64,000 bases of DNA from Candidatus Latescibacterota bacterium. GTDB taxonomy: Bacteria; Latescibacterota; UBA2968. The stretch covers positions 2,528,001 to 2,592,000 of the forward strand of contig OZ242311.1 of assembly GCA_965207885.1 (NCBI GenBank). The letters are read 5' to 3'. A program made the translations under genes and the position numbers. The notes below the pieces were generated by a model, which did no database searches, was not told the DNA's origin, and saw nothing but the letters and a program-made list of their open reading frames with translations. Positions 30,009 through 40,400 of this stretch are shown piece after piece; positions within the stretch are counted from its first letter, which is position 1; every line of letters starts with the position of its first letter.

Positions 30009-30977
30009 CTATCGCAGCCACGTCCACGCAGCCCGAGTTGCTGGATAGGCTATCTCTTCTCCCAAATGCAATTTCTTCACTTCTGGATCTTTAATCGCGC
30101 GACGAACACCCTGGGCATATTGATATATTTCATTGTCCGGGTAGGCCGTGCCTGCTCGACCCGTTGCAGAAAAGCCAAGTTGCTGGAGCTTCTCCGTATA
30201 AATCATCTCTATGCGATCAACCAATTCTCGTTTACCATTCACCTTCTCGAATCCCTCCTCAAGCAGGGGAGAAACTTTGTCGGCAATAGTGCCCAATTTC
30301 CTGAATTCTGTCCACAACCATTTGTGGTAGGGTGCATAACGCTGACTCATTAGAAAACCAACCTTCATTGCGTACTCTGCGAATTTTGTCCAATAGCAAC
30401 ACGCACTCACATGGTCTCCTCGCGTCTCCGCCCTGAAGAGTTGCTTTCGTCCCCACTCATAGCACCAGGAGAGGCAAGCTCCCAGCCGCTGCTTCCATAC
30501 ATCATCCGGATATTTGGAGAATGCTCGAAAGCGAGCACTGACAATGCCCGGCCCATCGTGATAAAGTCTATTCGGGGTCAACTCAAACAGATACGGTTCT
30601 GGTATTCGCAACCAGTCCACGGGTGACTGAGGCGGCTCTGAGAATCCGACCATAGATTTTATATAGCTACTGATTTCCATTACAATACAGGTCCTGACCT
30701 CTGGTTTCTGCCATCGAAATCCGTCATACTCATGGGGAAGGGTATCCAGTATTTCTTGAAGTTCCTCGCCGTAATCATCGAAATCGTCTTTGGCAAGCCA
30801 CACCATGAATTCCGGTCCCCAGCCATGATCACGAGACACATCATCGTCGTTTTTGTGCGCTTGAGAGCCTAAACCAACGCCTACTGCCAGTTTCGGGATA
30901 CATCTGGGCAATTGTTGCTCAATGGCAGGTAGCCCAATCTCCTGAAAGAATCGCTCTGATAGTTCAAATCCTTTCAT
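30009..30977 (-). CDS. DUF4037 domain protein
   Basis: GS...DDDVSRDHGWGP and YAPYHKW motifs. Confidence 0.8.
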   Translation of the reverse strand: MKGFELSERFFQEIGLPAIEQQLPRCIPKLAVGVGLGSQAHKNDDDVSRDHGWGPEFMVWLAKDDFDDYGEELQEILDTLPHEYDGFRWQKPEVRTCIVMEISSYIKSMVGFSEPPQSPVDWLRIPEPYLFELTPNRLYHDGPGIVSARFRAFSKYPDDVWKQRLGACLSWCYEWGRKQLFRAETRGDHVSACCYWTKFAEYAMKVGFLMSQRYAPYHKWLWTEFRKLGTIADKVSPLLEEGFEKVNGKRELVDRIEMIYTEKLQQLGFSATGRAGTAYPDNEIYQYAQGVRRAIKDPEVKKLHLGEEIAYPATRAAWTWLR

Positions 30978-31007
30978 CGAGTCCTCCGCGATTTTAAATA
31001 CTCCAGA

Positions 31008-31679
31008 TTATGACAGACTGTTCATTGATTTATCACCTGACCGGCCTGTGAAAACTGCCACTTTATACTCAATCTCAATATCTACTTTGCTACCCGATTT
31101 GCGCCCGTTGAGCGTCCAATAAAATGACAGAAGCTCCTGGGCTTCCTCTATGGAGTCAAACTTAAAACTGGTCTCCAAAATATGACTCTCAAAACCTCTC
31201 TTATACCACCAGGATGAATCACTGGAAATATCGCGCTCAAAAAGACCGCAGAATGCGTCATCTCCTGCATTATCTACAATGCAGATTGGACCTTGAGGCT
31301 TGACCACTCTGATCAATTCTTTCAATCCCTCTTCTCCATATCCCATAGCAGGAAAAAAGTACGCCCATGTAGCATAGGCTCCTTCAAAGGAATTTGATCT
31401 GAAGGGAAGTTCCTGTGCAATTCCTCTGCCCCAGGGAAGGGATTGATTCAGATCAATCATGTTATAGGATGGCTCATAGGGTATAACCCTTCTATTACTT
31501 CTGGTTAGCAATGCTGCCGCATATCCATTTCCCGCTCCAATGTCAATCGTCTTTCCGGAAGGCAAGATTTTATCGAGGTACTCAATGACGACGCCATCTT
31601 TATCCATACATCGCCGTTCAATCTCAAATAGATGGCGGTTTTCGGATCCGTAGAAGGGTATAATTTTGCTTTTATTCAT
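31008..31679 (-). CDS. Class I SAM-dependent methyltransferase
   Basis: IDIGAGNG, LPFRSNSF and ELIRVVKPQG motifs. Confidence 0.85.
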   Translation of the reverse strand: MNKSKIIPFYGSENRHLFEIERRCMDKDGVVIEYLDKILPSGKTIDIGAGNGYAAALLTRSNRRVIPYEPSYNMIDLNQSLPWGRGIAQELPFRSNSFEGAYATWAYFFPAMGYGEEGLKELIRVVKPQGPICIVDNAGDDAFCGLFERDISSDSSWWYKRGFESHILETSFKFDSIEEAQELLSFYWTLNGRKSGSKVDIEIEYKVAVFTGRSGDKSMNSLS

Positions 31680-31700
31680 TTAAAGTTTCAATTGACGTGC

Positions 31701-32435
31701 TCACACATCATGGATAATCCACACATTGGGTTCTTCGTGATAGCCAAAGTTGTTTTCTCGGTCAATTGAGACGAGTGCCAATGCCCCTGGAACGACGTAT
31801 TCTCCCGATGTTGGGAAGGACATGTCCGTCCATTTCTCCCAATCATTGACTGTACCTCGGACAGACATTGATTTCGGTGCCGCCCGTGCAATCCGACCTC
31901 CAATTTTCCAATGTACTCGGATCCATGGATCAAAGGGCTGCCCATCCTCTCGTTGCCACGCTATATAGTCCTCAATTGCCGTGAGCGGATATCTATCCTT
32001 AAACGTTGGTCTCACCGGCGCGATAAGGAATGAGAATCCATGGCAGTCGGCAATGCGCTTCATAGCCAGTAAAATTTCTCGGCTGTAACCTTGTCCCTGG
32101 CAATCAGGCCTTATATCGACTCCCAACGCGCAGAGGGTTGTAGGATTCTGTGTTCCTTCTCTCAAGCCCAATTCCAGTGTTGATGTCCAGCCTTCAGGTA
32201 AATCTTCATCATGGCCGGTCCACGGGATGGGGATTGCGATACTATAGGCAGCCAGTCGATCCTCAGGTTCGCAATAATATAGTTGAAACTGGGGAAACTT
32301 TGTGAGCAACTGAGCTGTTATCTCCTTGGGCCCCTCGGCATGAAAGATGAACTCGGGCCAGTTCGTACGGGAATCCCATGTCTGCTCTCGCAGATCGGGG
32401 TGCTCGGTATGCGAATACACTGTCAACTTTTTCAC
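31701..32435 (-). CDS. GNAT-fold acetyltransferase
   Basis: CQGQGYS, APVRP and DPWIRVH motifs. Confidence 0.8.
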   Translation of the reverse strand: MKKLTVYSHTEHPDLREQTWDSRTNWPEFIFHAEGPKEITAQLLTKFPQFQLYYCEPEDRLAAYSIAIPIPWTGHDEDLPEGWTSTLELGLREGTQNPTTLCALGVDIRPDCQGQGYSREILLAMKRIADCHGFSFLIAPVRPTFKDRYPLTAIEDYIAWQREDGQPFDPWIRVHWKIGGRIARAAPKSMSVRGTVNDWEKWTDMSFPTSGEYVVPGALALVSIDRENNFGYHEEPNVWIIHDV

Positions 32436-32454
32436 AGTATTTTTGTAATCCCTT

Positions 32455-33303
32455 CTAATTGGTTCTACGCCGAGAGGGTCTATTTATAGCGTCAGCCAGC
32501 AATTGAAATCCCCCATCACGTTTATAGGTGCTCAGCCAATTCCCGCTTACAAATTCAAAATCGCCGGTCTCTGTATCGAGCGCACCAATACATCCTTCGT
32601 TTATAACCTGCAATGTTGGGTCTCTGGGGTTGCTCACTACGCTGACGACCTGAATGCACTCCGTTTCATACACTTTTCTCGGCTCGACTGGATGGTGAAA
32701 GTGCCCAAATACATGGTAGCGCGGTTTCGATGTTCTCAGATATTCGAGCAAATCCTGAGGCCCTTCGGCGAGGTTATCAGCATCGGCACCAACTCCAAAT
32801 CCTCCTTCGTGTGAAACGAGAATATCTATACCCCTTGTGTGGCTGCGTCTAAGAGCCTTCGGGTTTCCTCCTTCACAAAAGCCAATTACTTCTTTTCCAA
32901 CCTCAAGTGTGAAGCCGTCCGGTACGCACTCGAAGAGACCATGCGGGTCAAGTGGAATGGGTACAGAAGATTTTGTCTCTATAGCATTTCGAATAGCAGA
33001 GAATTCGTCGTGATTGCCTGCTACCACAAGGATCGAAGATGTCAATTGCGCCCGTGTATCGCGTGCGAGTTGTGCATCTGGCCCCTCTGCCAGGATGAGG
33101 CTACACAAATCGTACACGGCTGGGTCCCACTGTGCAAACCTGTCGTAGGGAATCTCACCACTCTGCGGTAGTGGCATAACCCCCAGATCGCCAACCTGCA
33201 CGACAAGGTCAAATATCTTTTTTCGCATTGACTGCCAGGTCAGGAGAATGGCAAGGGCATGGCATGCGCGTCCATGTATATCGCCTATGAAACCTATAAT
33301 CAA
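32455..33303 (-). CDS. Metallophosphoesterase
   Basis: GDIHG, GDLG, GNHD, SHE and FGHFH motifs. Confidence 0.9.
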   Translation of the reverse strand: MIIGFIGDIHGRACHALAILLTWQSMRKKIFDLVVQVGDLGVMPLPQSGEIPYDRFAQWDPAVYDLCSLILAEGPDAQLARDTRAQLTSSILVVAGNHDEFSAIRNAIETKSSVPIPLDPHGLFECVPDGFTLEVGKEVIGFCEGGNPKALRRSHTRGIDILVSHEGGFGVGADADNLAEGPQDLLEYLRTSKPRYHVFGHFHHPVEPRKVYETECIQVVSVVSNPRDPTLQVINEGCIGALDTETGDFEFVSGNWLSTYKRDGGFQLLADAINRPSRRRTN

Positions 33304-33363
33304 TTTAAGTTCCTTCTACCAAATGGTCCCTTCCATAGAGTGGTATGATCTCGCTTATATTCA

Positions 33364-33834
33364 TCAACACTCAGCGGACTGTAGATCGTTCCTGATTTTT
33401 GCACAAATCTCATTCATTTTATCTTCACTTACTCTTTCTTCTGGAGGGACTCCCAAATAGCCAAATACTTGCGCGCTTTGTCGGTTGGCTGGTTGATCAG
33501 CCATTCGCGGCACAATATGGAAATGAACATGCGGGTGATCCTCGTGTTCGGCAAATTGAATCACGTATGTTTTCACGCATCCGATTATACTCTTAAGGGA
33601 CGAGGAAACACGGCGAATCAGTGGGCCTAATTCAGCGGCTTCTTGCTCAGTAAGCTCATCAAGAGATTCGATGTGTCGTTTCAGAACCAATACCAGCCAC
33701 CCGGGTAAAGCGGTGTTATATGCATGCGCCACGTCCCAGTATTCGGTCTGGTAAATGCAGTCCCAAAGTGGAGCCTTACCCAGTCTTCTTTGCGCTGTTA
33801 ATTCGCACGTTTTACACACGTCACGACCGTTCAT
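33364..33834 (-). CDS. HIT family hydrolase
   Basis: HVHFHIVPR histidine triad. Confidence 0.9.
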   Translation of the reverse strand: MNGRDVCKTCELTAQRRLGKAPLWDCIYQTEYWDVAHAYNTALPGWLVLVLKRHIESLDELTEQEAAELGPLIRRVSSSLKSIIGCVKTYVIQFAEHEDHPHVHFHIVPRMADQPANRQSAQVFGYLGVPPEERVSEDKMNEICAKIRNDLQSAEC

Positions 33835-33921
33835 ATGCGGCCTCTCGTTGCATCTTTATATTGAGGGGTTTTATCCGTTGGATTCCTCGGATGAATATCT
33901 TGACTGCCTGTGCATGACAGC

Positions 33922-35286
33922 TCAGAGTTTGTGTGTAGCAATCTCGTACATTTTGTCTGTGCAGGTCTTGAGGACTTTCAGGAGTTCTGGATATGGTTCG
34001 CCGTAGCCGGTGAGCAATCCAGAATGCTGACGGTCCTGTTTTTGGGAGACCAGATTGGAGGCGTCAATCAGACCGCAATAGTGCCAGCCAATAAATTCCG
34101 GGCGCGCAAAGGCGTTCCGAAAGAACTCATCGGTCCATTCGGCTCGCTGTTCGATGTTGTCTGCCACGGGACCGTAGGGGCGCGGCATGGTATCTGTGAT
34201 CATCGTGAATGCAGAATCGCCATTGATCAGCGGCTTGTCGGCGATCCTGTACCAGCGATCTAATCCGGGTTTTTGCACTTCGTATCGCGCATACATTTGA
34301 TAGAATACGATGTCGGTAAATTGGCTTGTAATGGGCAATAGGGTATCCAGCGCATCTGTGTTGGCATTGATTTTGTCGCCGACGAACAGGTGATTTGGAT
34401 CGTATCGGCGGATCGCATCTCGCGTTGTCTGGTAGTATTTTGCGACGACTTTTTGGAGGAATTCAATATTGTCGCGGGTTTCGTTGCCATTAGAAAGATC
34501 GGTGTGTGGCCGCCAGTTCTCGGCTATTTGGAGCGCGTCAAATGAATCAAATTGCGTGCTATAAGTTGTGTTGAAATCGCTGATTTGCCCGCGATATATA
34601 TCGCTCATGGTCTGAACATAAGCCTTTTTGCCCGGTGCATTGGCACCCAAATTGCGCAGCCGCCGCGGCCAGCCTATTCGAGCTTCCCGGCGTGCGCCGC
34701 CAATTACGTCGGGGCGTTCCCGGCAATCTTCTTCTGTAAACAGCGGACAGTCGGTCATGGCATAACCGAGCAGGAAGGGATCATCTTTTGTAGGCGCAGC
34801 AAACTCCTTTGCCATCTGATCGCAGTGTGAGGCAAATGTTTCTGAAAAGACATCCAAAAAATTGCTGTCGGGTATTTCTGCCTGCCAATGTGGGATATCG
34901 ACAAAGTGAATCGACTGCATATAGGGGATAGATGGCTGCGGGCGATTGACGGCTGACAACTCTGTGTGTACGCCTACTGTATTGAAGCCGTACTGACGAC
35001 ATGTTTGCAGGAACCAGGTTTTGAGGGCAGGTGTGAATTCGCGGCTGTCCAGATTGTCTATGCCCAATCGCTTTTTCCAGGCTTCGCGATTGTAGTCCTG
35101 TTTCCACAGATGGGGATGCAGGTGGTTTATTCCGAAGCTCAGAAACGCATTCCCCTCGGGCGTTACGAGCCACCATCTTTCGTCTTTTTCTATGCGAAAA
35201 AAGCCAGTTGCCTCAAATTTCTTGCCCGTCCAGCCGCCGTATTGATCGCGTTCGGCGGTGTCCCGGTGCGATTTATGTCTGTTCAT
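33922..35286 (-). CDS. Agarase-like (GH50-like) glycoside hydrolase homolog
   Basis: DQYGG, ATGFFR, RWWLVTPEG, GFNT and IRRYDPNHL motifs. Confidence 0.6.
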   Translation of the reverse strand: MNRHKSHRDTAERDQYGGWTGKKFEATGFFRIEKDERWWLVTPEGNAFLSFGINHLHPHLWKQDYNREAWKKRLGIDNLDSREFTPALKTWFLQTCRQYGFNTVGVHTELSAVNRPQPSIPYMQSIHFVDIPHWQAEIPDSNFLDVFSETFASHCDQMAKEFAAPTKDDPFLLGYAMTDCPLFTEEDCRERPDVIGGARREARIGWPRRLRNLGANAPGKKAYVQTMSDIYRGQISDFNTTYSTQFDSFDALQIAENWRPHTDLSNGNETRDNIEFLQKVVAKYYQTTRDAIRRYDPNHLFVGDKINANTDALDTLLPITSQFTDIVFYQMYARYEVQKPGLDRWYRIADKPLINGDSAFTMITDTMPRPYGPVADNIEQRAEWTDEFFRNAFARPEFIGWHYCGLIDASNLVSQKQDRQHSGLLTGYGEPYPELLKVLKTCTDKMYEIATHKL

Positions 35287-35317
35287 TTGGGTACCTTTGA
35301 ATAGTTATCAGAGTATT

Positions 35318-36169
35318 TTACTCGGCGGGAATAACTTCTCGTGTAACCTCTTGAACTTTACCGGGGAAGGTTTGTCCTCTTATCCACATAATGGGTTGGC
35401 CGTTGCCGGCGTTTTCAGGATTCATCCATTCTGCTTGCGCACTTAAGTAATGCGATACATAGCTGCGCCTAAATCGTTGGCTATGATTATTTGTGCTTTT
35501 GTGTAGCAGGTGAGAGTGGAACCAGATGACCGCACCAGGGGGGGCTTCTACGGGAATGCCGTCCTCATCGCGGGCATTGCGCGCGAGTTTGAATTCATTT
35601 TGCTGAGATCCTTCAATGTCGTCGTGTTCGGAGATTTCCTGTTTGTGACTGCCGGGAATTACGTAGAGGCAGCCGTTTTCGCGATCGGCTGGATCGACTG
35701 CTGTCCAGGTGCCGACAGTTGTCGCTGTTTTGAACCGCCTGCCAAAGTAAAATTTGTCCTGATGCCAGGGGAATCCCAATCCGATTTTTGGGGCTTTCCA
35801 GATGAAGAGGTTGTTGATGCCCAGAATGTCTGGGCCGAGTATGTCGAGGAGTGGGTCTGTCAGGCGTGGGTCGCGCACGCGGGCGAGGAATTCCGGGATG
35901 TAGCAACTGGGGTGGTGGATTTTGTGCATGGCGTAGATACCCGATTGTTTGTGTTTGCCGTCCCGGACGAGGGCATTGCGGTCGATATGAGCCATTGGCA
36001 TTTTTCGCTTTCCCTCGACAATGTCTTCGGCGACCTGCCGCAGGTCGTCGTTTTCTTTATGTGAAAAGACGTTTTCCCGCACAAAATATCCATTGCGCTC
36101 CCAGTGCTGAATTTCATCGGGTGTCATGCGGTTGGTATTTGTTTTTAATGGTGTTGCTGGGTTTTTCAT
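35318..36169 (-). CDS. PhyH-family dioxygenase
   Basis: WHQD, ENGCLYVIPGSH and HSHLLH motifs; RBS AGGAG before ATG 36169. Confidence 0.9.
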   Translation of the reverse strand: MKNPATPLKTNTNRMTPDEIQHWERNGYFVRENVFSHKENDDLRQVAEDIVEGKRKMPMAHIDRNALVRDGKHKQSGIYAMHKIHHPSCYIPEFLARVRDPRLTDPLLDILGPDILGINNLFIWKAPKIGLGFPWHQDKFYFGRRFKTATTVGTWTAVDPADRENGCLYVIPGSHKQEISEHDDIEGSQQNEFKLARNARDEDGIPVEAPPGAVIWFHSHLLHKSTNNHSQRFRRSYVSHYLSAQAEWMNPENAGNGQPIMWIRGQTFPGKVQEVTREVIPAE

Positions 36170-36411
36170 ATACGATCTCCTGAGTATGATAGTGATCAAT
36201 CGGTAGTCGAGAACTGCCTTGTAGTAATTTGCTATTGAGCTCTGGTATTTACGATAGCCGAAGTTCCTTTGGACTCGACTTTGTCCGTTTTGAGAGATAT
36301 ATTCAAATTGCGGATGGGGAAAAGCAAAGAGTGTATCCTTTAATATCTGAAAAAAATAAATATTATGCAATTATCTGTAGGGAGATTGCGTTTTAGCACA
36401 GGGAGCGGGAG

Positions 36412-37251
36412 ATGGCAAATGCAGGTGTGAGATCGAAACGGGAGATTTTGCTCGATACCGGATATTTTGTAGAAAAGGGCGTCCTGAGCGATTCGGATAT
36501 TAGGGTTTGTAAGGATCGATTGCGAGAGATTGCGCTCCGTATTGATTTTTACCGCGATAAGCTTCGGGCGATTATAGATGTGCAGGACGAGGCGTACCAG
36601 AACCATCCCGATCCTCTGTTGCGATTTGATTGGATCAATGAGATTTCGTTTCGCGATCGGGTATTGTGGAAATATTCTGCTGCACACCCCAGGCTTATCG
36701 CATTGGCTATGGAAGTGTTAGGTCCCGATATTTATCCACTTAATGGCGGCGGGTTCTTTATGAAGCCTCCCCGTTGTGGCGGTGAGGTACCGTGGCACCA
36801 GGATGCGAGTCCTTTCGATGGTTCAGAGGATATACCCGTGCCTGTGCTTTTCGATTTCTGGCTGGGACTGGATGCGGCAGATGTTGAGAATGGGTGTATG
36901 GAACTGATTCCTGGATCGCATACCTTGGGGCGTTTGGAGCACGAGCAAACGGGTAAGATTTTGAGGGAGATGGATCCCTTTAAGCACGGATTTACCGAGG
37001 ACGATGTGGTGCGTATTGAGACTGATCCTGGCGATGTGATTGTGTGGCATCAAGATCTGATCCACCGATCTTCTGCTAATTTCTCAGATCGTCCGCGGAT
37101 TGGCAAAGCGAGTGTTTATATGTCCCAAGCCGATGAGGAGACGATACGGCAAATGTCCGATCCCTGGGGAATGAATCCGAATCGACCACCGATCTGTTTG
37201 GACAGTAAAATCTGTGAGCTGACGCATTTTATTGAAGCACCGGGGCTGTAA
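36412..37251 (+). CDS. PhyH-family dioxygenase (only plus-strand gene in the array)
   Basis: FMKPP, WHQD, ENGCMELIPGSH and HRSSAN motifs. Confidence 0.9.
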   Translation: MANAGVRSKREILLDTGYFVEKGVLSDSDIRVCKDRLREIALRIDFYRDKLRAIIDVQDEAYQNHPDPLLRFDWINEISFRDRVLWKYSAAHPRLIALAMEVLGPDIYPLNGGGFFMKPPRCGGEVPWHQDASPFDGSEDIPVPVLFDFWLGLDAADVENGCMELIPGSHTLGRLEHEQTGKILREMDPFKHGFTEDDVVRIETDPGDVIVWHQDLIHRSSANFSDRPRIGKASVYMSQADEETIRQMSDPWGMNPNRPPICLDSKICELTHFIEAPGL

Positions 37252-37693
37252 GTGCTGGCAGTTTTTTCATCTGAACATGTGTAGAATCTTCACCGATGAT
37301 TGAAAATCCCAGTCTCTGGTAGAAGGCGATGCCGCGGATGTTGATCTTTAATACTTGAAGGTTTACAGCTTTCCCCGCAGCGTTGGCATCAGCGAGAATG
37401 CTTGTCATGCACGCTGATCCGATTCCTCTACCCTGATACTCAGGATGGATAAAGAACTGATAGACCTTGAGAGAATCGGAAGTACAGGATGTGGAGAAGA
37501 AACCAATATCGTTTCCTTGAAATTGGATAATGCGAAAATTCTGCGAATCAAACCGCTTATTGTGTAATCCCCTCTGATGTGTATCGTCCCACTCCTCGAC
37601 CTGCTCCACATATTCGCGGAATGCGGCCTTCTTTACGGCAAAGACAAAGTCGCTGTCAGTTGCATCCGCCTTCCGAATGTTCAACTCTTTCAT
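37229..37693 (-). CDS. GNAT N-acetyltransferase
   Basis: PEYQGRGIG and FYQRLGF motifs. Confidence 0.88.
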   Translation of the reverse strand: MKELNIRKADATDSDFVFAVKKAAFREYVEQVEEWDDTHQRGLHNKRFDSQNFRIIQFQGNDIGFFSTSCTSDSLKVYQFFIHPEYQGRGIGSACMTSILADANAAGKAVNLQVLKINIRGIAFYQRLGFSIIGEDSTHVQMKKLPALTAPVLQ

Positions 37694-37726
37694 GGAGAGA
37701 CCTTTTATTAGAATGTATCCTGGCAT

Positions 37727-38218
37727 TTACCACACTTCTTTCCCTACAGGTTTTCCCCAATCTAACTCTTCGATCGGTTTCACCATCTCGAGGTACCAGG
37801 GAGCAAATCCACAGTCCCGATAAAATGCAAGGATGTCATCGAAACGCTTCGCTGCCGAGTAGAGCCGCATGTAACCGAATCCAGCGGCTTCTGCTTTTGA
37901 TTGAGCAGTTTTGACCAGTCGCTGGCCTATTCCACTGTGGCGGGATTCGGGACGCACATATAGTTCAATGATTTCGAGAATACGGCTACCTTCGGGGAAT
38001 ACACATTCGCCTCGATATGGCCGTTCCTCACAATAGATGAATCCAACAGATTCACAGCCATCTATCGCCAAAAAGAGCCAATCCAGGTCACGATTATTCC
38101 ATACTTCCACCGAATCGGATCCATAACCCCATATTGCGCCTTCGGATGTTAGGTCTTCTTGCATCGAAAGGACGGCGACTATATCCGCCTCGTTTGCCTT
38201 ACGGATTGTAACGGTCAT
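37727..38218 (-). CDS. GNAT N-acetyltransferase
   Basis: LYVRPESRHSGIG and FYRDCGF motifs. Confidence 0.88.
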   Translation of the reverse strand: MTVTIRKANEADIVAVLSMQEDLTSEGAIWGYGSDSVEVWNNRDLDWLFLAIDGCESVGFIYCEERPYRGECVFPEGSRILEIIELYVRPESRHSGIGQRLVKTAQSKAEAAGFGYMRLYSAAKRFDDILAFYRDCGFAPWYLEMVKPIEELDWGKPVGKEVW

Positions 38219-38252
38219 ATTGCATCCAGTCCAGTACTGGCAATTCCTGCAT

Positions 38253-39071
38253 CTAACCGAAATGTTCTTCTAACCATGCAACGGCGAAATCAGTCAGATC
38301 CTTAGCGTCGAACAAATAAGAGTCTGCGGCTCCAACCCGTCCTGTTGCATAGCTTGCCTGGGTCATATATTCCTCTACAATACGAAGGAAATAGTCGCCA
38401 TTGGGGGGCCCCCAATCGACGATGCCACCAGAAGTGTCAAATTGCTCAAATTCTATCCATTCGCACTTGCCATCACGCAAGATGGGCCACCGATAGCGCT
38501 CGGTTTTCTTGTTGGGCACGTCAGCAATATGCTCTGCGTAATGTAGAATCGTCAGGCTATCAAAGAGTGGTCCAAGCAGTAGTATTCGCCCCCTGACTTT
38601 GCACAATTTTGCGAGAGGGGAGCCTGCACCATAACCAAATTGGAGGGGATGATCCGATGTGATCCACTCCGCTTTTGCACCAATAGCCGCCATTCTTGCT
38701 TCAGGATGGTTGCTGCAATACGCGCCGGGCCATGTTCGGAGGTGCTCGGTGAGGATGCTCCACTTGCGGAAGGCGCGTGTCCGTTTAGGATCAAACGGTG
38801 GGCATTCTGCCAGGTACGCTTTTTGCCAGTCCTCTGGCCAATATTCAATTTCGTTTAGAGGCTCCTCGCATTTTATGTACATCATCAAGGTGCCCGTAGG
38901 TCCAATCACATCCAAAATTGCCTGAATCACCATATCAGGTCCGCCAACGATCCAGCCGACTGCCTTGACAGACGCGTGCAGCATCAGGGTATCGCCCGGG
39001 ACAATCCCCAGTTTTGATAAGTCAGATACCAGCTTGCTTCGCGTAATTACTGGCAAATCTATTTTCGCCAT
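38253..39071 (-). CDS. Aminoglycoside 3-N-acetyltransferase (AAC(3)) family
   Basis: LMLHASVKAVG, GAGSPL, TILHYAEH and FDTS motifs. Confidence 0.9.
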   Translation of the reverse strand: MAKIDLPVITRSKLVSDLSKLGIVPGDTLMLHASVKAVGWIVGGPDMVIQAILDVIGPTGTLMMYIKCEEPLNEIEYWPEDWQKAYLAECPPFDPKRTRAFRKWSILTEHLRTWPGAYCSNHPEARMAAIGAKAEWITSDHPLQFGYGAGSPLAKLCKVRGRILLLGPLFDSLTILHYAEHIADVPNKKTERYRWPILRDGKCEWIEFEQFDTSGGIVDWGPPNGDYFLRIVEEYMTQASYATGRVGAADSYLFDAKDLTDFAVAWLEEHFG

Positions 39072-39108
39072 TGCGATCTCCTTTTTAGATCAGGTTTATC
39101 ATAATCCT

Positions 39109-40380
39109 CTATTTATCTAAACCAGGTACAACTGCGCCATGTGACAAAAGCAATTCGCGCAGATCGGAAATAGGGACTTCGCGAGGTGTGGTTTCCAGAC
39201 GCACAGATAATGCAGCGGCAGCACCCACAGCCTGTCCCATGGCCATAGATGACGCCTGTACTCGTAAAGCGGAATTCGCCAACCGGTCACTGCTCACGCT
39301 GCGACCAGCGACCAGCAAATTGCGACTCTCTTTGGGGATAAGCGCGCGAAGAGGGACGGTGGGAACGATTCCTTTGGATAGCGGTCTGGGTTTGATGCCA
39401 TCGCGGTCGTGGAGATCAATGGGGTAAAAAGAATAGGATACGGCATCGTCAAAAAACCGTCCGCTCGTGTAATCTTCATGGGTTATTTGCACATCGCCAA
39501 CAATGCGATAGGTCTCACGCACGGCTGTTTCTGCCTGAGCTTTCAAAACACATGCGTTTTCGCACCCTGGTAGAGAACGCACAAAACGCAGAATCCGCAA
39601 TAGCGCCTGTCGCCCTGCTATGTTGGTTTTTGTATGCCTGTCAGAGGTTGATGCATCAGCACCAAATACATGCTGGGCATTTCCGCCTTTTCGAAGATAA
39701 CTGATAAATCGCACCTGTGGATTCATTACATCGCCGTGCTGCAAGCGGCCATCTTTAATGGCAGCAGAAAAATGCGCCTGAATGACCTCCTCATCCAGTG
39801 ATTCGACATTATACCCCCCGAGTTCAAAAATCAACGTGCCGGGTTGGGTTTCTTGTTCGCGCAAACGCGGAAAACCGATCTGCCCGACAATATTTGCGCC
39901 ACCAGTACAATCAATTAACTGTTTGGCCCATATAGTGCGGCGCATGTTTTTGCCTGTGGTTTCTACTGTCCAGCCCGTGTCCGTTTCTGAAACCCGAGCC
40001 GGTATTTCGTAGAAATGTAATTTCACCCCTGCTTGCGTACAGGCTTCTTCGACGAGTGCGGCATATACTGGACCGTTGATGCGAATTTGGTGCATCCAAT
40101 GGCGCTCGGGAGGTACTGAAAAATCTGGCAATTTTCTACTGTCAAGTGCCACAGCTTTTGTAACGAGTTCCCATCCGATACCCGCAATAATCTGTTTTCC
40201 CCAGGCGTGAAAAAGGCCCGGAAACGAGACCCCACCCGTTGTGGTTACACCACCGAGTTGGCTGCCGGATTCAATCAGGGCTGTGCGAAGTCCCGTGCGC
40301 CCAGCTTGTACCGCAGCAATGGTGCCCGCTGTACCACCGCCAATGACCAGAACATCTACATTTTCTTTCATGTGCTCCAT
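39109..40380 (-). CDS. FAD-dependent oxidoreductase (FAD_oxidored family)
   Basis: VIGGGTAG, IDCTG, RETYRIVG and MAMGQAVG motifs. Confidence 0.9.
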   Translation of the reverse strand: MEHMKENVDVLVIGGGTAGTIAAVQAGRTGLRTALIESGSQLGGVTTTGGVSFPGLFHAWGKQIIAGIGWELVTKAVALDSRKLPDFSVPPERHWMHQIRINGPVYAALVEEACTQAGVKLHFYEIPARVSETDTGWTVETTGKNMRRTIWAKQLIDCTGGANIVGQIGFPRLREQETQPGTLIFELGGYNVESLDEEVIQAHFSAAIKDGRLQHGDVMNPQVRFISYLRKGGNAQHVFGADASTSDRHTKTNIAGRQALLRILRFVRSLPGCENACVLKAQAETAVRETYRIVGDVQITHEDYTSGRFFDDAVSYSFYPIDLHDRDGIKPRPLSKGIVPTVPLRALIPKESRNLLVAGRSVSSDRLANSALRVQASSMAMGQAVGAAAALSVRLETTPREVPISDLRELLLSHGAVVPGLDK

Positions 40381-40400
40381 ATTGACAATCTCCCTGTGCT

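Noticed and set aside
36170-36370. N-terminal extension of PhyH in the ORF track (likewise 4099-4251 for transaldolase)
   Set aside because: Better RBS-supported starts lie downstream; the extensions are non-homologous or overlap other genes.
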